Of a DNA stretch of 64,000 nt, positions 1-10,690 are shown one piece after another (within the stretch, counting starts at the first letter, position 1; every line of letters begins with the position of its first letter). The DNA lies in the NCBI GenBank assembly GCA_963817525.1, contig CAWFOU010000007.1, positions 544,001 to 608,000 of the forward strand, written 5' to 3'. The notes below the pieces were generated by a model, which was not told the DNA's origin, searched no databases, and was given only the letters and a program-made list of their open reading frames with translations. The translations under genes and the position numbers were made by a program. Source of the DNA: an uncultured archaeon (GTDB taxonomy: Archaea; Thermoproteota; Nitrososphaeria; Nitrososphaerales; Gagatemarchaeaceae).

Positions 1-129
1 TGGCCGATGGGAGTGACATCCTCAACATCGCATGTGCAATAGGGAGACATTCGGTCTACTCGGCCAAGCAGGCCGTCGAGACTGGATTAGGTTGGAGACT
101 TGGCAATCCGACAGGTCCTCAGGGGGGCC

Positions 130-2460
130 CTAGGGAGCGAATGAGGGCGGGGCGTCCTGGGAACTGCTCCCCCACTTCGAGGGGGTGCTCCCGAGCGTGA
201 AGTTCAGCATCGCGCCGTCTTGCAGCGCGGTCCACGGGACCCAGAGACTCGAGGTCGGGGTCCCGTCCAGCTCTAGGCTCTGCACATACGGCTGCGAGGC
301 CCCGGTCCCGTCGACCTGCAAGGTGTGCCCTCCGGAGAGGTTCACGGTCATCGAGGGGAAGAGCGGGCTCCCGACCACGAACCCTCCTACCCCCGCAATC
401 TCGGGGTAGAGACCCATCACCGCGAAGATGTACCACGAGGACATCTCTCCGCCGTCGTCGTTCCCCGGCATCCCTTCCGGCGAGTCGTACCAGAACTGGG
501 TCTCGATCTGCCGGACCACGCTCTGCGTCTCTGCGGGGGCCTGCGCAAAGTCGAACTCCCACGGTACCTCCACGGTCGGCTCGTTCCCTATCCAGATTCC
601 AAGGCTGTCAGGGCCCGCGTTGAGCTGCGAGACGGAGAGTTCGAGGCGACCCAGAGCAGTGGAGTTGCCCCCCATCGCGGAGAAGAGCCCTCGCAGGTCG
701 TAGGTCACCAGCCAGGTGTACTGTGCCGCGTCCCCCTCCTCGAAGCCGTTCTGGCTGGTAGGGCTGAAACCGGCGGCCCATGTCCCGTTGGCGTCGCGGG
801 GCTGGACGTAGCCGCTGGTCGCGTTGAAGACGTTCACCCAGTTTGCGGAGCGCTGAAGGTACTCGTCGTAGACTGCCGTGTTCCCGAGCTCCTTCGCGAA
901 CTGCGCGATGGCAAAGTCGTCGGTGGCGTACTCCAGGGTGACCGAGGCCGTCGGGAGGCTCGGATAGATGTCGGCCGGGACGTATCCCAGCTTGACGTAG
1001 TACGAGTAGCCCTCGCGCTCGTTGGCCTGCCCGTTCAGCATCGCCTCGAAGGCCGCCCCCGTGTCGAAGTCCGTCGCCCCAAAGGCGTACGCCTCGGCGA
1101 CGTCCGCGTCCGCGGAGTCGCCGGTTTCCCCGTGCGAGTCCACGTTGGCCTGCTCCCACCGCGGAAGGGAGCCGTCGCCCTGCTGGGCGTCGTTCACGAG
1201 CGACTGGATGATGTCGCTAACGGCGGATGGGTCGAGGATCGAGAGCAGCTGGATCTGCGTGCGGTAGTCATCCCAGCCGGCGATGTTCTCGTACTGGAGG
1301 TGCCCCGGCGGGACGGTGTGGACCTTCCCGTCGAAGCCGATGTACTGACCGTTGTCGTCGTTGAAGACGTTGGGTTGGAAGAAGATGTGGTAGAGAGCCG
1401 TGTAGAAGGTCGCGGTCTCGTTGTAGGTGCCTCCAGAGACGAGGATGGAGTTCAACCGCGCGTTCCAGGCATCGGCAGCGCTCTGGGCGACGGCCTCCAG
1501 GTTGAAGCCGGCGTACTCGTCGGAGAGGTTCACCCGCGCGTTCGCCACGCTGACGAACGATAGGGCGACCTGGAGGTTCACCACGTGTTCGGACATCGTG
1601 TCGAAGACGAGGTAAGCGCCAGCGTGCTGGCCGCTGCTCGAGGTCGAGCCCTCACTGATCGAGCTCCCGTTCCAAGTCCCGTAGCTGTTGAAGGGCCTGT
1701 CGAACTTTGCGACGAAGTATACCTGATACGGCTGGTATCCGCATCCCACGACGCTGACCGCGGTCCCGGTGACCTCGTCCTGGGACGGGAGGACATTCAC
1801 CTCCGAGTATGAGTTACCGTTGATGCTCCCCCCTGCGTTGATGATCAGCGTCGAGAGGGTCGACGGAGGATAGATGAAGCGGCCCACGCCCGTGTGGGGC
1901 GTTGCGCTCAACTCGGCAGTTACGTTGGGCCCATCGAGGTGAACCTCGTAGTAGCCTGGACGCGCCGTCTCATTGGCGTGCGAGAATGGCGAATAGTAAT
2001 AGGAGGCGTTCAGCGCGGGAGAGACAGAAAACTGCCCGACGTAGGGCATGAACGGAAAGTCCTGGTAGACCTCGCACCCCCTCCCGCTGAAATGCGTCAG
2101 GCTCAGGCCTTTGATCGTCGAGTCCCCGTAGAAGTAACCCCCTGGAGGGTTGGTGGGGGTGTCGGGGCTCCACTGGACCATCCCCATAGGGTAGGCAGCC
2201 CCAGGGAAGACGTCTCCTCCGCAGGCACCCCCGCAGGGAGGGCTCGGGCTGTTGCCCGTCCCGATGAACGGGTTGACATACTGTGTAAGGTTCTCGAGGG
2301 GGGCGCCGCTCGACGTGGTGGAGCCTCCGGGCGCAGGATAGACGACCGACATCGCGGGCCCGAGGGAGCTGCTCACTGACTGCACGAAGACCACCCCGAT
2401 TAGGAGGACCGCAACGAGCGCCGCGAAGAGAACAGCCGTGCGCTGACCGATTCTGCGCAT
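130..2460 (-). CDS. GH92 family alpha-1,2-mannosidase, secreted or membrane-anchored
   Basis: YVNPFIGT, FPGAAYPMGMVQWSPDT, TLEYATDDF and PGNDDGGEMSSWY motifs; N-terminal TM; probable ATG at 2460. Confidence 0.9.
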   Translation of the reverse strand: MRRIGQRTAVLFAALVAVLLIGVVFVQSVSSSLGPAMSVVYPAPGGSTTSSGAPLENLTQYVNPFIGTGNSPSPPCGGACGGDVFPGAAYPMGMVQWSPDTPTNPPGGYFYGDSTIKGLSLTHFSGRGCEVYQDFPFMPYVGQFSVSPALNASYYYSPFSHANETARPGYYEVHLDGPNVTAELSATPHTGVGRFIYPPSTLSTLIINAGGSINGNSYSEVNVLPSQDEVTGTAVSVVGCGYQPYQVYFVAKFDRPFNSYGTWNGSSISEGSTSSSGQHAGAYLVFDTMSEHVVNLQVALSFVSVANARVNLSDEYAGFNLEAVAQSAADAWNARLNSILVSGGTYNETATFYTALYHIFFQPNVFNDDNGQYIGFDGKVHTVPPGHLQYENIAGWDDYRTQIQLLSILDPSAVSDIIQSLVNDAQQGDGSLPRWEQANVDSHGETGDSADADVAEAYAFGATDFDTGAAFEAMLNGQANEREGYSYYVKLGYVPADIYPSLPTASVTLEYATDDFAIAQFAKELGNTAVYDEYLQRSANWVNVFNATSGYVQPRDANGTWAAGFSPTSQNGFEEGDAAQYTWLVTYDLRGLFSAMGGNSTALGRLELSVSQLNAGPDSLGIWIGNEPTVEVPWEFDFAQAPAETQSVVRQIETQFWYDSPEGMPGNDDGGEMSSWYIFAVMGLYPEIAGVGGFVVGSPLFPSMTVNLSGGHTLQVDGTGASQPYVQSLELDGTPTSSLWVPWTALQDGAMLNFTLGSTPSKWGSSSQDAPPSFAP

Positions 2461-2663
2461 GTGACCTCTGCATGGAAGGGGGAGGTCGCGATATTTAGCT
2501 CTAGAAAAAAGTGGGAAGATCGCGCCCTCGTTTTGGCCACCTCGAGCGGCTCCCGCAGCGAGCTGGCTACGCGCCCTCGAGGACATGCAGGTTTATCCGA
2601 GCACTGTGGAATACGTCCTCAGATAGTACTGCCCATCCTTGGGGCGAGCGCTTGAGCCGGGGA

Positions 2664-3440
2664 TCAGGGGTTGAGGTCGCATATCACGGCGTTGCAATCC
2701 ACCGGCGTGACCTGTATGCCGATCATGCCGCTCACCTGCGAGTAGACCTGTCCCTCCCCTATGTAGCAGCCGGCGCGGTATCCATGGAGAGCGAAATAAG
2801 GTCCGGTCTCGTTCGATTGCACGAACGAATAACCCACGGCGAACGGGAAGTCGACCCCGCACACCACTGGACCGAGGTATCCAACGTCCAGGAAGTAGAA
2901 GCCCTTCGCGTCTGCGTCGGCTATCACCACGAACGCGACCGTCTTCTGCATCGGATGGGTCGCCCCACCGATGGTGATGCTGGTCTGGTTGGGCACAATA
3001 ACCACGTGGGCCGAGACGTTGGTGTACGACTCGCCGTTGCGGACGAAGTAGGTCTGGACGGTCAACCCTCCTGTGCAGTCCGAGCAGAGGCCGATGGTCG
3101 TGCTGTGCGTGGAGTTGGTCGTGAAGAAGGTCACGCAGATCTGTCCCACGCTCTTCGCAGGCATTGTCAGAATCCCGAGCGAACCGTTTGTGGACTGAGA
3201 ATTCTTCGTAGAGTCCAGACCGGAGTAGGGAGTCACGTCAGAGCAGCCCTGGATTTCCGGCGCGGTCACAGTCGAGTTCCCCGTTATCGAGCTTTCAGCA
3301 CCTGCCCGGAGTGAGGCTGTGCTCACAACTGGGTTTGCCCGAGGAGGAGGATAAAGCGCGATCCCGACGGCCACCAGAGCTATGAGCCCGATAGCCGCAC
3401 CAACGAGCCACATTCTCCGCCTTGGACGGGCGTCGGACAT
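2664..3440 (-). CDS. Hypothetical secreted protein
   Basis: N-terminal TM, Cys pairs, S/T-rich. Confidence 0.7.
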   Translation of the reverse strand: MSDARPRRRMWLVGAAIGLIALVAVGIALYPPPRANPVVSTASLRAGAESSITGNSTVTAPEIQGCSDVTPYSGLDSTKNSQSTNGSLGILTMPAKSVGQICVTFFTTNSTHSTTIGLCSDCTGGLTVQTYFVRNGESYTNVSAHVVIVPNQTSITIGGATHPMQKTVAFVVIADADAKGFYFLDVGYLGPVVCGVDFPFAVGYSFVQSNETGPYFALHGYRAGCYIGEGQVYSQVSGMIGIQVTPVDCNAVICDLNP

Positions 3441-3772
3441 CCAGAGTCCCTGGAGAATCTATCTCGAGACGCGAAATAATAAGTCTCCCATGACGCGGCC
3501 GACTCGCGGCCTCGTCTGTCTCCTTCCGTAGACTCTAACGATTTCGGGATGGCCTTCGCGCCCGTGCCGACCAAGGCCTTGGCCTCCTGAGGCCCAACAC
3601 GCTCATCACCGACTCCTTGAAGTCGAGTAGCTCCTGCAGCTGCTTGTCACTCGCCGAGAGCCTCTCCTTCATCTCCAGTTTTTCGAGCTTCTCGTGGTCC
3701 AGGTCCGCCCTAAGCATCTCGATGCGCGCGAGAGTTCATTAGGGGTGCCTGTGTTCGAAGGAAGATGAGACA

Positions 3773-4114
3773 TTGAGCCTTCCAGAAGGGGGTTTCAACT
3801 TCCTTGACCAGCTCTCGGCGCTGCGATTTGGGAAAGACTCGCGGCTCCTCGTGGAGTGGTCCGACATCATCGAGAGGAAGGCCAAGGAGGCGGGCGGCTT
3901 CTCGTCCATCAGGTTCAAGGGCTCCGTCAACGACAAGGACGAGTTCGTCCTTGACATGGACGCGCCGACTCCCGACGCCACCCTTCGCGTGCTCCAGGCG
4001 ATAGAGAGTTGCCTCGACCTCATGCCCGGGGAGGCAAAGGAGTTCTACGCCGCCCTGATGGACGCAGTGGCTTCCGACGCGGAGAAGAGAGACGAGGCTG
4101 AAAAGAGCTCGTGA
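3773..4114 (+). CDS. Hypothetical protein
   Basis: 113-aa ORF with protein-like composition. Confidence 0.6.
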   Translation: MSLPEGGFNFLDQLSALRFGKDSRLLVEWSDIIERKAKEAGGFSSIRFKGSVNDKDEFVLDMDAPTPDATLRVLQAIESCLDLMPGEAKEFYAALMDAVASDAEKRDEAEKSS

Positions 4115-4176
4115 CTCGGCGAGCCAAGCCAGCCCTCGACCAGAGCCTGCGCGATGGCCCGCTAAGGTAAGCAGCG

Positions 4177-4209
4177 GGTGAATAGATTAACTGAATCCTA
4201 GCTATTCGT
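4177..4209 (+). repeat. 33-bp perfect direct repeat, copy 1 (ggtgaatagattaactgaatcctagctattcgt)
   Basis: Identical to 8060-8092. Confidence 0.9.
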
Positions 4210-4391
4210 GAAAAAATAGATTTCGCCGCTGTCCGGGCTCGAGCACTCCCACTTACCGCCCGGGCACAGGGGGCGTCCAAACAAGAAGCATGCCGACGAA
4301 AGCGGGCGTCCCGAGGCCCAGGCGAGGCTTTTGTGCTGAACGAAAACGAAGAGAGGAGGCCCCCTTGGAAGGGGGTGCTGGTTGTTGCCTC

Positions 4392-6848
4392 CTAGGAGGT
4401 GGGCTTCCTGCCGCGCATGGCAAGATAGCCCGAGACGATGATGAAGATCACGGCGACTGCCGCGACTCCATAGAGCGCTGTGGAGTTGGACGATGATGTG
4501 ACTGTTGTCGTTGAGACTAAGGTGGAGACCGCGGTTGTGGTTGAGACTGAGACGGCCACCGTGCTGACGGAAGTTGTTGTGGTAGTGCTGACGACCGTAG
4601 TGGTCGATGCGGAAGACGACGGGAAGCTCGTCAAGGTCAACGCCAGGATGTCGCCGGGCGTCGATCCTGGACATGTCGAGATGGCCTCAAAGCTGCAAGT
4701 CCCCATAGGTACGAGGATGTACTCCTGGCCGCTGTCGGACGCGCCTATCGCCACGCCCACGTCCATCGGTGCCCCGATGTAGTAGTCCCTCACGAGCTGG
4801 CCCGTCTGCGCGTTGAGCATCAGGATGTCTCCCGACGACAGAGTCAGGTAGACGACGTTGCCGCTCACGTCGGTCTGGCCGCGGTATCCTTGGCAACATG
4901 GAACTGCGTGCTCCCAGACTATCTTGCCCGTCAAGGCGTTGATGCCCCACGTCGTGGCGTTGTCGGTGATGGTCCCGCAAGAGGGGCACGGCTGACCGCC
5001 GATGCCTGCGTCATTCTTGTTCGCGTACGTGCTCGAGTTTATTGGAACGTATCCAGAATAGGATGGGACGAGGTGCGACGTAGCGAAGATCATGTTCGTC
5101 GCTGGGTCGTATGACTGTTCGTCCTCGAAGCCCGCTAGTTCGGACGGCCACATCAGGAACGGAGGCTGTGGGCCTGTTACGCAGGTGAGGGTGAAGGTTG
5201 GCGCGCAGTTGGTCATGGCGGATGCGAAGTCGAAGTCCATCTGAGACTCGTTGAGCGGGTTGAACATGTAGCAGACGGGGCACCTGCTCGACCCGGGCGC
5301 TTCTGTCCCCGCGGGCGGGTCCCACGCCCAGATGAGGTTGCCGGTGACGGCGTTCATCTCGTACAGGTAGCCGTTCTTGCACGTCTTGAGGAGGACCTCG
5401 GTGTTGACGCCGCTGATGGTCTCGTTGGCCATCCCCCAGTACCACGAGCAGTCGTAGTCCCACAGCTCGTGCGCGTTGGCCTGGAAGGCCCATATCCAAG
5501 CGCCCGTCGTTACGTTGAGCGCCATGAACGAGCCAGACCAGAGGTCCGGTCCAGGGGTGCACGCGCTGGCGTACGGGTCCTTGTTGTTGGTGCCCACGAA
5601 GACCATCCCCGCAGACTGGCCGGAGCCGACTATCCATTGTCCGCCCCATCCTTCGCCCGTCGAGCCGGTGGAGGCGCCGCCGTCCATTGCCTGGCACGAT
5701 GGCGATTGGTCGACATATCCCCAGTCGTTGTAGAGTGTCGCGTTGAGCTGGGTCGGCGAAAGGGCCTTCCAGTTGACGACGATGTCGTTGTTCACGTTCT
5801 GGAGGACGCCGCCCGCGACCTCTTCCGGCGTGGTGTACCCGTTGGTGGAGCCGTTCTCGCCTGGGTAGAAAGTGGCTGCGGCACTCATGTTGTCGATCAT
5901 CTGGATGTCGAAGTAGGGGTCAGCTGCGACCCCACTGAGGGGTTGCGGAGGCGTGGTGAACGTGATCCACTTCATGGTCGGCGGGTTGGTGTCGAGGTTC
6001 CACCCTGCGAAGAAGCCCCTGGCGGTGTTCGTCGCGCTGTTCCCGCTCATGCCGCTGACGAGGATTCCATCCTGCTGGTTGATGGCTATGTTGGAGTTGC
6101 CTTCAGTGTCATAGATGCTCGTCGGGCTGTTGCCCGGCACCATGCTGAGACCGGTGTAGGTGCTGAAGTTCAGCTCCTCGGTGCCCTTGAGGGCGTTGAG
6201 GGCATAGACGTCGTTGTTGCCAGCTTGGAACCAGAACGTCGGCCCGCTCACTCCGCTCCCGAAGGTCGCGGTCGTGAACGTCTCGGTGCCGTCGTGCGAG
6301 TGGATGACGATTGGACCCTCGCCCTTTCCATTGGTCGCGTTGAGGGTGAGGGGCGTGTGGAATGTCCAGAGGACGTCACCGTTGGCGAGGTTGAAGGTGA
6401 TGACCTCGTCAAACTGGGTTATCACGATGGCTGTGCCGTTGACTATGAGAGGGTCTACGCCGACGCCGGTGGTGCTGAGCTCAAAGGCGGACGAGAGCGC
6501 AGTCGGCACCGCCGGCAGCGGGTAGATCCAGCTCAGCCCCAAGTACTGGACGTTCGAGCTGTTGATCTGGTTCTGTGGATTGTAGTCCTGGCCGAAGGCG
6601 TTGCCGTTCGGGAACCCCCAGTTGGCCTCCGCCTGCGCAGTTGCAGGCTGGGCCGCGACGGGTGCCGCGGCCGAGGTCGTTGCCGTGTTGGGGGCGGCTG
6701 CTGCGGGGCTCAGAATGACCGACGCGCCTATCCCTGAGACGATGAAAAGGAGGCTGAGCGCGATTGCGCGGATTGACTTGTTGCTAAGTGCCTTCTTCAT
6801 GCTTTTCGTAAACTCGTTTCCCGTTCCCTTCGCGGCAGACTTCGGCAT
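4392..6848 (-). CDS. PQQ-dependent dehydrogenase-like beta-propeller surface protein
   Basis: Signal peptide; HELWDYDC and KNGYLYEMNAVTG motifs with repeated TG..W blades; S/T linker and C-terminal TM. Confidence 0.75.
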   Translation of the reverse strand: MPKSAAKGTGNEFTKSMKKALSNKSIRAIALSLLFIVSGIGASVILSPAAAAPNTATTSAAAPVAAQPATAQAEANWGFPNGNAFGQDYNPQNQINSSNVQYLGLSWIYPLPAVPTALSSAFELSTTGVGVDPLIVNGTAIVITQFDEVITFNLANGDVLWTFHTPLTLNATNGKGEGPIVIHSHDGTETFTTATFGSGVSGPTFWFQAGNNDVYALNALKGTEELNFSTYTGLSMVPGNSPTSIYDTEGNSNIAINQQDGILVSGMSGNSATNTARGFFAGWNLDTNPPTMKWITFTTPPQPLSGVAADPYFDIQMIDNMSAAATFYPGENGSTNGYTTPEEVAGGVLQNVNNDIVVNWKALSPTQLNATLYNDWGYVDQSPSCQAMDGGASTGSTGEGWGGQWIVGSGQSAGMVFVGTNNKDPYASACTPGPDLWSGSFMALNVTTGAWIWAFQANAHELWDYDCSWYWGMANETISGVNTEVLLKTCKNGYLYEMNAVTGNLIWAWDPPAGTEAPGSSRCPVCYMFNPLNESQMDFDFASAMTNCAPTFTLTCVTGPQPPFLMWPSELAGFEDEQSYDPATNMIFATSHLVPSYSGYVPINSSTYANKNDAGIGGQPCPSCGTITDNATTWGINALTGKIVWEHAVPCCQGYRGQTDVSGNVVYLTLSSGDILMLNAQTGQLVRDYYIGAPMDVGVAIGASDSGQEYILVPMGTCSFEAISTCPGSTPGDILALTLTSFPSSSASTTTVVSTTTTTSVSTVAVSVSTTTAVSTLVSTTTVTSSSNSTALYGVAAVAVIFIIVSGYLAMRGRKPTS

Positions 6849-6967
6849 ACGTCTAGAACGAGCTAACTAGAAACCTAATATCTGGGCACCCCGTGATAGT
6901 TGGCGATTCGGAAAGATGAGCATAGAAACATACCATTCCCGAAATTGCTCTTGGTCAATGTGACACA

Positions 6968-7936
6968 ATGGCTCTGGACAGCGTAGACGTCAAGATTCTG
7001 GAACAGCTATATCGAGGTGCGTGCCGAATAGACTTTCAGCCCGACCTGAGGGGCTTCTCCGGGAGAATCGCGAAGAACCTCGCACTTAATGAAGAGACGG
7101 TCAGAAAGCGCGTTAAGAGGTTGGAATCTGCGGGAGTAATACGGGGGTGGCGAATCTTCGTTTATCCAGATGTGTTCCGCCTGGAGACTTACTGCGTCTG
7201 GATTACGGTCCATCCACGGATGCGATTCGAGGAAGCGGTCCGCAAAATTAGGCTTGTTCCTAATATTATGTCCATCAGCCGACAAATGGGCAACATACTT
7301 GCCGTCGCAATACTCTGCAAAAACCATGAAGAGGTCAGGGAGCGGACAGAACTCATTTGTGAATTAATGGGAGGCGAGGAACTGAGGAGTTATCTTTGGG
7401 CGGAGCCCAGAGTGAAGTGCGAACTGAAATCCGTCGATTGGCAAATCATCGACGCGCTCAAGTCAGATCCGCTTGCGAGCCATAGCATCGTGGCAGAAAG
7501 GCTTGCCCTATCGAGTAGAACTGTCACGAGAAGGATAGCGAGGCTCATTGAGAGTAACCTTTTCTTCTTTTACCTTGACATCGATTTCAGCCGCTTAGAC
7601 GGCGCGTCGTGCGTGAGTCTTTTTCTAGATTACAGTGATGAAGGATTCAAGGACCGAATCGAAAGAAGCATCTTCAAAAAGTTCGAAGACTTCGTTCTGG
7701 TGGCTGGATGGGGAAACCCGAACCATGGCTATTTCGAGTTTCTCGTTCCCAATGCCTCTTTTGCCCAGGAGATCGAGGAGTGGGCAGGAGCTCTCAGAGG
7801 GGTAATAGAAGCGAAGGTGAACTTCGTGTTTAATCGGCTGATGTTTTACGATGCGCCGGACGGAATCAAGGCCAACATGGTCAAGGAGGCTCCGACTTTG
7901 CGGGGGGCTCCTCATTACAGGGCTACACCCAATTAG
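6968..7936 (+). CDS. Lrp/AsnC-family regulator with tandem HTH
   Basis: LDSVDVKIL...TVRKRVKRL and a second DWQIIDAL...TVTRRIARL. Confidence 0.8.
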   Translation: MALDSVDVKILEQLYRGACRIDFQPDLRGFSGRIAKNLALNEETVRKRVKRLESAGVIRGWRIFVYPDVFRLETYCVWITVHPRMRFEEAVRKIRLVPNIMSISRQMGNILAVAILCKNHEEVRERTELICELMGGEELRSYLWAEPRVKCELKSVDWQIIDALKSDPLASHSIVAERLALSSRTVTRRIARLIESNLFFFYLDIDFSRLDGASCVSLFLDYSDEGFKDRIERSIFKKFEDFVLVAGWGNPNHGYFEFLVPNASFAQEIEEWAGALRGVIEAKVNFVFNRLMFYDAPDGIKANMVKEAPTLRGAPHYRATPN

Positions 7937-8059
7937 GTGCGGATTGCGGACCGGTTATCTTCTCGTTTCACGAAACCTTCTTCGCCGACGAACGTGTCCG
8001 GCGACAACAATAAGATAAAGACAGTGGAGCGGTCCGCAGGTAACGGCCGCCGGCAAGTT

Positions 8060-8092
8060 GGTGAATAGATTAACTGAATCCTAGCTATTCGT
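8060..8092 (+). repeat. 33-bp perfect direct repeat, copy 2
   Basis: Identical to 4177-4209. Confidence 0.9.
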
Positions 8093-8135
8093 AACAATGT
8101 GGCGTGCTGAACTGGGGCGGGCCGCAGGGCGGACC

Positions 8136-8552
8136 TTAGGAGGTTCTTCTCGGTATAGAGTCGACGACCTCGATTCCCTCGACGGCCGCGAAAGCCCGGT
8201 CATGCGTCGCTATCTTCCTGACACCGTAGAGTTTCATCGTCGCCAATATAGCGCAGTCTCGACCCCCCAAGCCATCGCCCGCATGTTCCGGCACCATCCC
8301 CAGTGCAAGGTCAGAGACGCGACCGTCTAGGTCGAAGAGGGTGAGCGTTGAAAGGTTGAGGATCGCGCTGGTCAGCTCGGCGAACTCCTCCTTGGGAAGA
8401 GATCGCAGGTAGTGAGCCACCTCGAGAAGCGTCACGTAGTTCATGGCGATTCCTTCTCGGATTGCGCCTCTCATCGTCTTCGTCACGTGCTCGTGCTCCG
8501 GGAGGCTTGAATCCAGCCAGTATATCCAGTAGTTCGAGTCGACGTAGATCAA
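8136..8552 (-). CDS. vapC: VapC/PIN toxin
   Basis: IYVDSN, LLEV, RDCAI and THD PIN residues. Confidence 0.85.
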   Translation of the reverse strand: MIYVDSNYWIYWLDSSLPEHEHVTKTMRGAIREGIAMNYVTLLEVAHYLRSLPKEEFAELTSAILNLSTLTLFDLDGRVSDLALGMVPEHAGDGLGGRDCAILATMKLYGVRKIATHDRAFAAVEGIEVVDSIPRRTS

Positions 8553-8837
8553 TCAAGGCCCGCCCCAGATCTCCTTGAGCCGAAGCGGGTCTGCGGCTGC
8601 GGCCTTGGCGCGGCTCTTCTTCAGCATGCCTTGTGTGCGCTTGATGAATTCGTCCGGTCCTACGCTTTTCGTCAATATGACTGCCGAACCGCCGCTCACG
8701 CCGCTCTTCTCGAGCCTGACTCTGATCCTGCTCCCCTCATTCAATCCGAGTTCCTTGCGCACGTCTTCGGGAATCACTATCCTCCCCTTCGAGTCCATCG
8801 TTGCCTCGTTCAAAGCAAATCCCACTGGTATTCCCAC
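8553..8837 (-). CDS. AbrB/MazE-type antitoxin
   Basis: MDSKGRIVIPEDVRKELGL; directly upstream of PIN gene. Confidence 0.85.
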   Translation of the reverse strand: MGIPVGFALNEATMDSKGRIVIPEDVRKELGLNEGSRIRVRLEKSGVSGGSAVILTKSVGPDEFIKRTQGMLKKSRAKAAAADPLRLKEIWGGP

Positions 8838-8871
8838 AGCCTCGTATTTAAGCGCCCCGCTTCACGCGCGG

Positions 8872-8900
8872 GGGTTCATCTCGCCGCCGCCGAGACTTTC
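8872..8900 (-). repeat. Degenerate copy of the 23S processing-stem 3' arm
   Basis: gggttcatctcgccgccgccg, 18/21 to the native core gggttcattgcgcctccgccg. Confidence 0.6.
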
Positions 8901-9627
8901 GCGCGTTGGTCTATCGCGGAGGACGGGTACCTCGGCTTTGCACGAAAAAGACCGAAAGTCCCGAGAATAGTCGTATATCCATAAAGGGAATCTGCAAAGA
9001 GGGCGACCAGACTGACAGGAGGCGAAGACGCATCTCCGATGATCGCTTGAAGGGTTCCGTCAGATACGCCAGGGTTGTTCCCCTAGGGCCCGGTAGGACG
9101 CTTCAAATCGAGTGGCATGAGGAATTCTACCTCGGGACAAAGACCGCGGAGGAGATAACGTTCTCGATGGAGGCCAGGATGAGACGGATCTTGCAAGAGG
9201 CCGGAGTCATCAGGTAGACTTGAATCTGTTTGCCGGTTCCAGAGAAATGGCCGAACCCCTAGTCGCCCCCTCAGCCGCGGTCCGGCAATCCTCGAGGTCA
9301 TCGTCTGTAGTCCTAATCGCGAGCCCCATGTCAGCCTGCCGCTTTAACGCCGGGCAGTGCTCCCCCGGCCAGATATGAAAACTCGTCATGCACCAGCTGA
9401 ATTCCTCGTCGGAAGGGTTGCGCCTGGGAGGTGCCTTGGTCTTGACAATCGCTGTCGCCAAAGAACCATTGGGAGGTTGAGATTCAACCGTGTTCAACAC
9501 CCGTCTGCGATAGCCCTTGTGTTATCGCTCTTCTTTGATGGAATTCGCTAGATCATTGTGCGAAGCCTCGAGACGGGAAGGCAATGGAGCGTCAAATTAT
9601 TAAGCTCCCGGAAGCGCAACAGAGCAC

Positions 9628-10623
9628 GTGGAGACGCCAAGCGACGGAAAGAAGGCAGGACACGAGTTCCCGCGGGTATCCGTAGACGACGCTTCCGCCG
9701 ACCTGAGGGCGATGAAGGTCCGTGGCGGGAGCCGGGTCGCCAGGTACGCCGTGCAGGCCCTCAGGGACTATGCCAAAGATTCCAGCGGAGCGAAGAGCCC
9801 GAAAGCATACCTGGACCCCATACTCAAGGCGGGAGAGAAGCTCAAGTCGGCGAGGCCGACGGCCTTCGCGCTGACCAACGGCGTCAACTACGTCCTCAAC
9901 GCGGGAGCGAGGAGCCTCGAATCGGGAGGCCCCGTCGAGGAGATAAGGAACGCGGCGGTGAACGCCGCGAACGACTTTATCGCATACACCCTGGACGCGG
10001 TGAGGATCATAGGGGAGATTGGCGCCGAACGCATCAAGAACGGCGACACCATCATCACCCACTCGGACAGCGAGGCCGCGATGAGCGTCATGAGGAGGGC
10101 GCACGACATCGGGAAGGGGATCAGGGTCTACTGCACCGAGACGAGGCCGAACTACCAGGGACGCAGGACTGCCGCGACGCTCGCCGCCTACGGCATAGAC
10201 ACCACGCTGATCTGCGACTCAGCTTGCAGGGTGAAGATGGGAGACGCGGACAAGGCGATAGTGGGGTGCGACGCGATCTCCGGGAACGGAGCGCTGGTGA
10301 GCAAGATTGGCGTCTCTCAGGTGGCCATGCTCGCGCAGGAGGCGCGGGTGAACTTCATCGTCGCCGCCGAGACCTACAAGGTGGACTTTAGGACGCTGAC
10401 CGGGAAGCTGATCGATGCCGAGCAAAGGGACCCCACCGAGATCGCCGCGAAGGAGTGGATGGAGCGCAACCCCAAGGTGAAGTTCAGCAACCACGTCTTC
10501 GATTTCACCCCGCCCGAGTACATCGACTTCTACGTGACTGAGAAGGGCATCATGCCGCCGGCGGGGATCTTCACGCTGATGCAAGAGCTGCGCGACGAGT
10601 ACGGCCCGCGCTCCTTCGTGTAA
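9628..10623 (+). CDS. eIF-2B alpha-like / ribose-1,5-bisphosphate isomerase family
   Basis: MKVRGG, SARPTA, ETRP.YQG, VSKIG and FDFTPP motifs. Confidence 0.85.
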   Translation: METPSDGKKAGHEFPRVSVDDASADLRAMKVRGGSRVARYAVQALRDYAKDSSGAKSPKAYLDPILKAGEKLKSARPTAFALTNGVNYVLNAGARSLESGGPVEEIRNAAVNAANDFIAYTLDAVRIIGEIGAERIKNGDTIITHSDSEAAMSVMRRAHDIGKGIRVYCTETRPNYQGRRTAATLAAYGIDTTLICDSACRVKMGDADKAIVGCDAISGNGALVSKIGVSQVAMLAQEARVNFIVAAETYKVDFRTLTGKLIDAEQRDPTEIAAKEWMERNPKVKFSNHVFDFTPPEYIDFYVTEKGIMPPAGIFTLMQELRDEYGPRSFV

Positions 10624-10690
10624 TCGTTATCGCCGCCCTATCGGCGTGCCGCTGCAATGTCTGGGCTGGCCCGGGGCATTCGGCAAAGGT

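Noticed and set aside
4177-4190. Resemblance of the 33-bp repeat start to the group I intron 3' end (GGTGGAATAGATT)
   Set aside because: Only about 12 nt with a gap; probably chance.
10660-10685. ggcccggggcattc and similar GC runs near 4255, 11042, 14045 and 15783 as further arm copies
   Set aside because: They lack the ggttc/ttgcgcc core and are expected by chance at this GC content.
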